Shown: piece by piece, positions 21,201 to 30,163 of the stretch | How the letters are laid out: every line of letters begins with the position of its first letter | How positions within the stretch are numbered: position 1 is the stretch's first letter | NCBI GenBank assembly: GCA_013416795.1 | Contig: RQSC01000004.1 | Location: 509,554-573,553, forward strand | Direction of reading: 5' to 3' | Length of the DNA stretch: 64,000 nt | Origin: Prasinococcaceae sp. CCMP 1430 | Taxonomy: Eukaryota > Plantae > Prasinodermophyta | Position numbers and translations under genes: made by a program | Notes under the pieces: generated by a model | Databases searched by the model: none | Told to the model about the DNA's origin: nothing | Seen by the model: only the letters and a program-made list of their open reading frames with translations

Positions 21201-21806
21201 AATGGGCGCGGTCTTGCCGCGATATTCGGCCATGCGGGTGCGCACCGTCTCTTCGTTATCGTCGGGGCGCCGTTTGGGCAGAAACTCTTTTCCGCAATTA
21301 TCGCAGATCATCGGAAACTCACCTGTGAGCGTCTCCGGTGGACCAGCAATAACGACGGTCTCAATTTTAGGGCGCTTATGTTTGTCGTGATAGCCCTCCC
21401 CGCAATGAGGGCAGCTAAAGCGGCCGGTGATGCGGTCGACCAGCGCGTCCTCATCCACCTCCAGTTCGATGACATGGTCGAGCGTGCGGCCGCGCGCGCC
21501 GAGGCGGCAACGACGGTCGACGACGCAGGGGCGGAGGCGGCGAAGGCGCGCGCGGAGTGCACGCTCGCGCGCGAGGAGCTCGGGCGTGCGCTCGCCGAGG
21601 CAGAGAGCGCGCGCGCTGAGCGCGACGCAGCCGAGGCGCGCCTGCAGGACAAGGCGCGCGAGGCGGGCATCCTGGAGGACCTGCTGCACTCGGTGCGCAA
21701 GGAAGGCGCCATGAGGGAGGCCGCCGAGGCCGCCGCGATCCCCTCCCTGCCCTCTGCCCTCGCGAGCTATCTGCCCTCGGGATTTTTCTCCCCGTCGTCG
21801 TCTTAG
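18286..21806 (+). CDS. Long coiled-coil protein (golgin/myosin-tail-like), interrupted at ~21148-21500; alternative start at 18097
   Basis: About 950 codons of heptad-rich E/A/R/L sequence. The same style resumes in another frame (AAARAEAATTVDD...LEDLLHSVRKE) after the foreign insert. Confidence 0.75.
21148..21500 (-). other. adk: Bacterial adenylate kinase internal fragment (LID zinc domain and flanks), antisense inside the coiled-coil gene
   Basis: RTLDHVIELEVDEDALVDRITGRFSCPHCGEGYH...CDNC...RRPDDNEETVRTRMAEYRGKTAPILPIYEARGIVSRVDGMA. Visibly more AT-rich than the flanks. Confidence 0.9.
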
Positions 21807-22158
21807 TGCGCGCACGTGGGTGGGCCGGTGCGGGAAAGGCCAGCGTGCTTGCGCGTGTGCGAGGCTGCGCCCTCGCCTGCGATGCGCCCTTGGCGGCGCC
21901 GGGTGGTGGGGAAATCTGACGCGACAATAAATACGTGGGAGAAGTTATGAAATACATACTACGGGCCCACGCAGCGTGGGCGGCTTGGGTCTTCTCGTGC
22001 GGCAGTGCAGCTTGGCGTGGGGTGCAGTAGATGCATGCGGTAGGCTATGACGGCATGCGCCCCCCTCGCTCTTCGTCGATTATCCCTCTTCGTTGTCGGG
22101 TTCTCGCGCGGACAAAGAAAGGTTTGGGCTCGCGCGTGTGCGAGGCGGTGCTTTTCCG

Positions 22159-24858
22159 TCACATCGGGCAGTGGCCAATCCATTCCTCCTCTGCGGTGCG
22201 CCCTGCGCAGTCCATGCAGCAGCAGTCCTTCGCGATGAGGCAGTGCTCGTCACAGTAGCACGTGACGCCTTTGTACTTCTGGCAGTGCGTGCACCCGGAT
22301 GGACACCACTCCTCGGGGATGGGCAAGGAATCCTCGTGGTTTGGGCAGTGCATCGCCGTGGGCTCGGATGCAGCCGCACTGTCGCGCGGGCTCGTCGGAG
22401 CGTCGGTAGGCACGAAGCGCCCGCCGGGCGCGTCGGTCGGAATCACGGGCGACTCGCTCGGCACGACGCGACCGCCGGGCGCGTCCGTCGGCGTGATCGG
22501 CGACTTGGTGGGCGGGACGACTGGTGCCTCGGTCTGGGGGTCAGTCGGGCGCCCTCCGGGCGCGTCTGTCGGAATCACGGGCGACTCGCTCGGCACGACG
22601 CGACCGCCGGGCGCGTCCGTCGGCGTGATCGGCGACTTGGTGGGCGGGACGACTGGTGCCTCGGTCTGGGGGTCAGTCGGGCGCCCTCCGGGCGCGTCTG
22701 TCGGAATCACGGGCGACTCGCTTGGCACGACGCGCCCGCCGGGCGCGTCCGTAGGCGTGATGGGCGACTTGGTTGGCGGCACGACTGGTGCTTCAGTTTG
22801 GCGGTCAGTCGGGCGCCCTCCGGGCGCGTCTGTTGGAGTAACGGGCGACTCGCTTGGCACGACGCGCCCGCCCGGCGCGTCCGTTGGTGCGGTGACGGGG
22901 GCGTCGCTCCGAGCAAGCGCAGTCGGCATGTGCGTGGGTGTGTCGATCGGAACGGGCGCCGTCGGAGCGGGCGTCGGTTTGACGAAGTCGTTTGCACCGA
23001 AAGACGTAGTTGGCCTGGGCGTGGTTGGCGCGGGCGTGGGCGCTGAGGTGATCTGGTCTTCCACGTCTGGCACTGCCTCGGGGCCCAGCGCGGGGATGCC
23101 GACGGATCCGAAATTGAGCAGATCCTCATCGATGGCGTCCAGGAAGATGTTCACCCCGTCCTCATCGCCCCCGGGCCCCGGCGCGGGCGCGGGCACGGCG
23201 GCGGCCTCCGATGGCGACTTCAGCTGTGCGTCGATGGACTCCACTGCGTGCACCGAGGCTGGAGTCGGCTCTCCCAATGCAGGGGCCGGCAGCGGCGACG
23301 GGCCTGGCGCCGGAGCGGGCAGCGGCGACGGGCCTGGCGCCGGAGCGGGCAGCGGCGACGGGCCTGGCGACGGTTGGCGACGGCGCGGGCAGCGGCGACG
23401 GGCCTGGCGCCGGCGCTGGCGCAGGCGCGGGCCCGGGCTGCGGCAGCGGCTCTCGCTCGGGCGCAGGTTGCGGGAGCGACGCGCTCGCGTCGCCCGTTCC
23501 GATCAGCGCTTCATCGATGGCGGACACCGCCTCACTTTGGTCGTCGTCGTCCGAGGCGTCGCACGTAACCGCGCACGCAGTCATTGCCGCCGCTGGCGTC
23601 GGCTGCACCGACGAATACTCGCCCGCGTCGCACTGTGGTTCCGCATCGAGGACGGGCACGAGCGACAGCATGAGCGGCTGCGTGCTCGTGCCGTACTCAA
23701 GGAAGGCGCCCGTGTCCGTTGCGATCTCCTCGCCTGCACTGTTGTCGGCCATGAACTGAAGCGCGAGCGTGTAGTTCGCGCCGTCCGAAAGCGTGACATA
23801 CGGCGCGGGCGCGAGCGCCTCGCCGATGGTGAGGCCATCCGCGCACGCGGCTGGCAGTCCCGGCATTTGCTTGTCGCCGAGCGGATTGCCGTAAGGGCAT
23901 CCGCGCGAGAAGCGGTTGGGGTCGTTCTCGGTCTCGTGGTGGGAGAGCGGGAAGATGTACGAGTAGCGCTGCGCGGGTTGGCCGTCCGCGTCGCCGGGCT
24001 GCGTGATCTCGAGCGTGACGTTGAGGGCCATGGCCACCAGCGTAGGCAGAGCCTCCGTGGGCCAGTTGGCCATGCTGATCGCGCCCATCGGCACTCGCCG
24101 CGTCTCGCGCGCGCAGTCGGCGCGCGAGCTGTGCGAGCGCGCCGAGGGGGCGCGAACGCCCGGCAGCGCCGTCTGCGCAGAGGCGTCCGCCACCACGCGA
24201 TACGTGTTGCGCATGGAGCTACCGGCGACGGGCTGCCCCCAGGTGAGCGACGTGGCCTCCTCAGCGTTGGGCTCGTACAGAGGCGGGCTGCTGGCAGCCA
24301 TCGACAGGGGCAGCTGCACGGCCCCTAAGATGTGCGCGGAGAGCACGCGCACCTCGCCCAGGCAGCACGCGCCAAAGAGGCTGTTGTAGCCTATGAGGTC
24401 GACGGAGCCGGTACCGCCCACCAGGTCCTCGTCGATGGAGCTGGCGGCCGCAATGTCGTTGTTGGCCGGCAACACTGTTTGTGGGTTAGTGAGGGGGGGG
24501 GGATGGGGTCATGCGCGATGGGATGCACGCGTCGCGGAAGCCTGGAGTCAGCGCGCGCGGAGCGTCCTTTCAGTCTGGCCAGGCAAAGCGCGCGACGCGA
24601 TGCCCGCGACAGAGTGCAGGGATTTTCGCCAGGGGTGAATGCACAACGAGTGGTGCGAAGACACGCAAGGAGCGCGCGACGAGTAAGTAGGTGCGCACCG
24701 TGCTCCTCGGCGACGACGACGAGGCCTCCGAAAGGCACCTGCGGGGCCGCACTTTCGGCCATCGCGCGCGGCGCTGCCAGCAGGATCGCGCACGACCCGC
24801 CGGCGGCCGCCAGTGCGAACCGCGCGAACGAGGGGGTGCCATTGCCGCGCGGCGCCAT
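22159..24858 (-). CDS. Secreted/cell-surface mucin-like protein with Pro/Thr repeats and a C-terminal somatomedin-B-like Cys domain; exon 1 24858-24699, exon 2 from 24474; apparent frameshift ~23372
   Basis: Signal-like MAPRG...FALAAAGGSCAILLAAPRAMA. Intron GTGCGC...ACTAAC...ACAG joins in phase. C-terminal TCYCDEHCLIAKDCCCMDC. Confidence 0.75.
22410..22890. repeat. Coding tandem repeat, 132-bp (44-aa) unit, ~3.5 copies, with internal PTDAPGGR sub-repeats
   Basis: aatcacgggcgactcgct recurs at 22441, 22573 and 22705. Confidence 0.95.
23285..23420. repeat. 30-bp tandem repeat (PAPAPGPSPL on minus strand)
   Basis: ggcagcggcgacgggcctggcg at 23288, 23318 and 23348, plus a degenerate copy. Confidence 0.9.
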
Positions 24859-25092
24859 TGCCGCCGCCTCTCGCCCGTGTCCCTCCTGATGCTTCGACGC
24901 CCTCCTCCTCCGTGCGCGAGCGGAGGCGCCGCCGCCGTGCTCGTTCAATCGCTGCCGCCAACCGACGCAGTGTGTGGCGGCGCGCGCTGCCGCGCGCTGT
25001 CTGCCCGTCGCGCGCGGTGTGGCAGGGCGCGCGCCGCTCGGCACCCGGTGGCGGCGCGCAGCCCCATCCCCCTTTCCCACCCCGTCCCGTGC

Positions 25093-25265
25093 NNNNNNNN
25101 NNNNNNNNNNNNNNNNNNNNNNNNNNNNNNNNNNNNNNNNNNNNNNNNNNNNNNNNNNNNNNNNNNNNNNNNNNNNNNNNNNNNNNNNNNNNNNNNNNNN
25201 NNNNNNNNNNNNNNNNNNNNNNNNNNNNNNNNNNNNNNNNNNNNNNNNNNNNNNNNNNNNNNNNN
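25093..25265. other. Assembly gap (N run)
   Basis: Run of N. Confidence 1.
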
Positions 25266-26134
25266 GCCGGGCTGCCGCCGCGACTGCGGCCCGCTCCGCG
25301 CGGCGGGGGGAGGCGCCAACCCGTCCCCCGAGGCGCCCGGGGCCGCGCACACGCACGCGAATTTTGCGAATCGCGTCTGATTGTCTCCCGTGGTCAGATA
25401 TGACATCATTTCATAATAGGTTACGATGTGGTTGGCGGCGGTGGCGCCGGCGCGTCGTCGAAGGACTGAATCGGCGATTCGGGGCGAATCGGCGCGATCG
25501 AAGCACGGTCGTCCTCACACCACACAACCTCACCGACAATTTCTGATCCCGCTCCTCGGAGGAGTGTCCGGGCGCGCGGGGTTTGGAATGAGTGGCGTCG
25601 CAAAGAGGCGGACTCTTTTCCTGCGATGCGCTCGGATCGGACGCCCCCACGCCTCGAGAGCGCCTCGATCGAGCCGCTCGATCACAGCGCAGGCATCGAT
25701 GAATGCGTGCACACACGAGATCTGATAGTGCTGGTTGTGGAGTACTGTAATGTAATTGGACGCGACTGGTCCTGTGATTGGACACGTGTACGAACGTCGA
25801 GGCTTCCAGGTGGCACGCACGTGGATGCGCCTGCGGTCACTTCACCAATGCCTGGAACCCATTCTGGTGCCTACCATGGATATATACATATCACTCTAGA
25901 ACTACAGTACTTTTGAGTCCCTTATCACTTTGTGGGATGGGTAGTGCGGCGTCATCCCGTGGCCGGTGGGACCGCCGCTGGCCACTCGACGCAGGCACTC
26001 GTTTGGGAGGCCACGTGCCTGACTCGCGCCCTGCGGGGGTGGCGCGACTCTGCGTGCGACGAGCACCTGCCCACCGCCTGGCCGCCGCGGGGCGAGGCAC
26101 GGCGCCAGGCGAAGGGAGGGGGTGGCAGTGGGAG

Positions 26135-27545
26135 ATGGCATCCGCGGCGCAGACGCGCGGCGCGCCCCTCATGGCTGCGCTCGGCGCGCGGCGCCATGGA
26201 GGAGCCTCCCGCCGCGCATGGCGTGCCATGGCGAGGGCGGCGAAGACGCCGCACGCGGCCGTTCGGCGCGGGCCCGGCGGGGCTGGCCGCGGCGCTCGCG
26301 CTGCGGCGCGCGGGCCTCAGCGTGGCTGTGTACGAACGTGCCTCGCGTCTCGACAGGAGCGCCGGCACGGGCGTCGCGATCTGGCCCAACGGCACGAGGG
26401 CACTCACCCTGCTCGATGCACGCGCATCCGCGCAGCTCGAGCGCGACGGATGCGAGCTCACCGGCGTGCTCGCGCCAGGTATGGAGACTGTGCCTTTCCC
26501 GGTGCGCGCGATGCATGGTGGCGCCCCTGCTGTGATGGTGCAGTGGTCAGCGCTGCAGCGTCTGCTGTTGGAGCGCTGCAGTTGCGGCTCCGATGGAGGC
26601 GATGTTCGATCCCGGCCAGTGTCTGTGACGCTGGGCGCGGAGGTGGCAAGTATCGAAGCGCTCCCTGACGACAGCGTGGCCTTGCTAGGCGCGTCGGGTG
26701 ACTCGCTCGGCACCGCCGACATCGTCGTGGGCGCCGATGGGATCCGCTCGCGCGTGCGCGCGGCGGCGGGCTGTCATGCGGAGGTGCTTGACGGCGGGAG
26801 GAGGCTGGTGCGCTCTGTGGTACCGCGCGCGAAGCTCAGCGGCGCCGCTGCCAAGTTTCCGCGCGGGACCAGCGCCTTGTGGGGAGGCAAGGAGAGCGGC
26901 GCCACCTTATGTCTCATGGACGTCGGGCAAGACTGCTTTTACTGGGCCGCGGGCTTGCTCGATGGCTCAGACGTGTCAGCGGCGGCGAATGACGTGCGTG
27001 CCCTCGCTGAGAGCGTCGCATCTGAGGCGGAGGCATCTGGTGAGGGACTTGGGCCCATCATGGGTGAGATTGTGCGTGATGCTGTGGCCGCGACGCAGCA
27101 CGTTTACGACAACCGCAGCCTTAGCATCCCGCCTCAATTCGACTCGCCTTGGGAAGCGTCGGCCGGCGGCGCGATCACGCTCTGCGGCGATGCCATGCAC
27201 GCTGTGGTGCCCAGCGTCGGCCATGGCGCCTGTCTGGCCCTGGAGGACGCCGTGGTCCTCGGTCGCCATGTGGCTGTCGCCGTTAGGAACGGCGGCTCAG
27301 CGGCGGATTTAAGGGCGGCACTGCGTGCGTACGAATCGGCGCGTCTGCCGCGCACCGCACAGGCTCAGATACACAGCTGGAAGCAGGGCGAGAAGTCGTA
27401 TGGCCGTGCGGGAGACGAATTTGATTCGATGGCACGTGACCTAAGCGAGTATGGCCCGGGCCTTGAGGGTGTACAAAACTGGCTGCTGCAGTGGGACGGC
27501 CAGGGTGATGGCGAGCTCAGCAATGCTGCGTTTGGCGACGAGTGA
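26135..27545 (+). CDS. FAD-dependent monooxygenase (zeaxanthin epoxidase/salicylate hydroxylase-like) with probable transit peptide; apparent frameshift at ~26264
   Basis: GAGPAGLAAALALRRAG...VYER, VVGADGIRSRVR, TLCGDAMHAVVPSVGHGACLALEDA. The upstream frame gives MASAAQTR...KTPHAAV, which is out of frame by one base with GAGPAG. Confidence 0.88.
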
Positions 27546-27664
27546 TGCAGGCGTCACTTCGAAGTAGATGGAGCGCGCGACTTAATGGCGTCTAATGTGT
27601 GCTGTATGTGCACGCACGACTATGTCCACGATCCTCGTTCGTCCCCCCACGCGAGCGCGTGACG

Positions 27665-29848
27665 CTACGCGTCCTCGGCGCCGCTGCCGCTCGCGCCGCC
27701 CTCAGAGGCGTTGTCCGCTCCGTCCTCGGCACCGCTGCTCGCGCCGTCGTCCGAGTCGTCGTCGGGTCCGTACTGGATGTATCCCATGTCGATCAGGTGC
27801 TGGATGATCTGCCCGACCTCGATGCCTCCGCCTCCCGCCGGGCCGTCGCCGTCGCTGTCGCTCAGATCACCGTCGCCATAATCGCTGTCGCTTCGACCGC
27901 TGCTCTCAGCGTCGCCCGCGCCCGAATCCACGCCGAAGGCGCCGCACCAGTCGGGGACGCGCGCCCGCGTGAGCTCCCTGTACTCCCTTCGCCTGTCATT
28001 GGGCGTGTCGAGCGGCGCGAGCTCCGCCAGCATGGTGTCCCCCATCGCGCGCAGATCGTACGCCCAGCCGCCGAAGAGCACCAACCGGTGGCCGCCCAGG
28101 AGCGCGAGCGCCGGCGACAGGCGCGGGTGCACCGCCTGCGGGGCGGGCCGCTCGTCGTGAGGCGGCTCCTTGGCGAGCACGGCGTTCTCTACAGCGCACA
28201 CGCGGCAGGCGACCTCCAGTCCTTCGCCCACGCCAAGGGCGGCGCCGATTCGAAACTCGAGCACGTGCACGCGCCCGGACGATTCGAGGCCGCCGCCGAC
28301 GAGCAGCATGCGCGCGCGTTCGCCACCGTCGGGTTGTGCGCACGGCAGTTGCACGGCCGCGTGGCATCGCCCGCCGACACGAGGAGGCAGCTGGCGCTCG
28401 GCGTTCGGGCCAATACTGGCGGGGTGCCAGCGGCTCTCGGCCAGGTCAAAAAGCCACGCGTCGTGCAGGTCGCCGCCCTCGCGGAGCAGGTCGCCGCCGT
28501 TTCCCCCTCCCACCAATAATACCCGTCCCGAGGACGTCACGCACATGCTGTGGCCGAAGCGCGCAGGCGGGACCTCCCCGACCACCTCGCTGCCCGCGTC
28601 GCCCACCAGTCGCCTCCACTGCCACACGCCGCTCTCCGCCCCGACGTCCAGCGCCCACAGGTCGTTGCACGCGAGGCTCGCGCCCTCGGCGATGCCACCG
28701 CTCACGTACATGACCCTTCCGATGTCGTCGGCGCACGCGGCGTGGTAGCCGCGCGCCGGCGGCCAGCCGTGCACCTCGTCGGGACGCGCGCAGATCTCGA
28801 AGAACTCAAGCGGATAGTGCGACAGGGAGGCGTGCTGCCCACCTGCCGGCGGGGGTGGCGGGGCGTGGCTCTCCGTCGCCCAGCGCAGCGCTTCGAGGTC
28901 ATCGACCTCCCCCGAATACCCGCCGCCCCGCATGCCGCCGAATCGAACGACGACACTCGAGCCATCTGCGAGGCGCAGCGTCACGGCACTGTGGCCATAC
29001 ACGTTGCGCGGGGTGACGGCATTGGCATTGCCCCTCTGCGGTAGGGTCACTTGGTGCCACGCTCGCTCGAACTCCCGGTGCCTGCCTGGCGTGGGCGCAG
29101 CGCGGCGAAGGTCGAGGACGTGCACGTCCGCGCGGATGCCGAAGTCAGTGAAGCCGCCGAGAACGACGGCGACGCCGTCGAGATTCACGGCGGCGTGGCC
29201 CTCTCGCCGGGAAGGCGTCTGGCCGCCTGCCGCCCTCGCGCCGCTCTGGCAGGAGCGAGGGCGGTGCCAGCGCGCACGAATGCCGCCCGCGTCGCGCAGC
29301 GCGTCGCCGCGGCGGCACAGCTCGATCCACGGCGCGCTTTCGGCAGCGCTCTGGAATGCACCCCCTGCCTCGCCCTCGGGGCGTTCGGCGCCGCCTGCCT
29401 CCGCCACCGAGCGCGCGGCCGTGGCACGCATCTCCTCTGGAAGCCACGCGAACTGCAGGTCAGCGCAGCGCTCCCACAGCCGCGCGTCGCCCGCCGCGTC
29501 GCGCCCCCGCGTGCACGTCGCTGCGAACGCGCCCACGGTGCCGCGGTCGCGCGCGCCATCACCGCCGAAGCGCTCGCCCCCCTCCCTGGCGCCCTGGCTG
29601 GCTGGCGGGCGCCACTGTGGCGCCGTGCCGCACTGCGGCCCCCCCGAGCGCGCCGCCAACGCCAACGACACAACACCCAGCGCCCGGCAAAACAAAACCA
29701 AAGCCGCCAATCCAAGCGGTACGCACCACCGCACATCAAAATGAAAGCTTTCATCGCCCGCCGGGGGAGACACTACTGCTCTCCCGTTGGCGGGTTCCCT
29801 GCGCGACCAAAGGGGCGCCGAACGCGGAACAGCGCCCGGCGTCGGCAT
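27665..29848 (-). CDS. Kelch-repeat beta-propeller protein (possibly F-box/kelch); 5' structure uncertain
   Basis: Repeated REGHAAV..VVLGG, YGHSAV..VRFGG, RGYHAAC..YVSGG, RFGHSMC..LLVGG, LVLFGGW motifs; acidic C-terminal tail. Confidence 0.85.
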   Translation of the reverse strand: MPTPGAVPRSAPLWSRREPANGRAVVSPPAGDESFHFDVRWCVPLGLAALVLFCRALGVVSLALAARSGGPQCGTAPQWRPPASQGAREGGERFGGDGARDRGTVGAFAATCTRGRDAAGDARLWERCADLQFAWLPEEMRATAARSVAEAGGAERPEGEAGGAFQSAAESAPWIELCRRGDALRDAGGIRARWHRPRSCQSGARAAGGQTPSRREGHAAVNLDGVAVVLGGFTDFGIRADVHVLDLRRAAPTPGRHREFERAWHQVTLPQRGNANAVTPRNVYGHSAVTLRLADGSSVVVRFGGMRGGGYSGEVDDLEALRWATESHAPPPPPAGGQHASLSHYPLEFFEICARPDEVHGWPPARGYHAACADDIGRVMYVSGGIAEGASLACNDLWALDVGAESGVWQWRRLVGDAGSEVVGEVPPARFGHSMCVTSSGRVLLVGGGNGGDLLREGGDLHDAWLFDLAESRWHPASIGPNAERQLPPRVGGRCHAAVQLPCAQPDGGERARMLLVGGGLESSGRVHVLEFRIGAALGVGEGLEVACRVCAVENAVLAKEPPHDERPAPQAVHPRLSPALALLGGHRLVLFGGWAYDLRAMGDTMLAELAPLDTPNDRRREYRELTRARVPDWCGAFGVDSGAGDAESSGRSDSDYGDGDLSDSDGDGPAGGGGIEVGQIIQHLIDMGYIQYGPDDDSDDGASSGAEDGADNASEGGASGSGAEDA

Positions 29849-30163
29849 CGAGCGGGCGCGTGCGGCGCAGCGGCGGGACGCGGCGGGGCGCTGCGCACTG
29901 ACCCCAAGGCGCGTGGGCGCCTCCGCCTAGAGCGCGCGCACGTCCGTAGGCGGGCGCACAAGTGCGCGAGCGAGCTCGCACACGAGTCGGCCCCGGGAGT
30001 CTCAGACATGGGTCCACTGTAGGTAGATATACAACTTGTGTCCTTTAGTACATACCACACTGCGTCTTCGGCGCCTTCCGCGGCGGTGCAGCGTTCTCGC
30101 GCGAGCCAATCACGGGCCGCCATACTCGAGCGTGCCGTGCAGCGACGCTCTCGCCCCGTCGGC

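Noticed and set aside
22410-22890. CRISPR-like array
   Set aside because: The units are contiguous in-frame coding repeats with no unique spacers and no cas genes; the context is eukaryotic.
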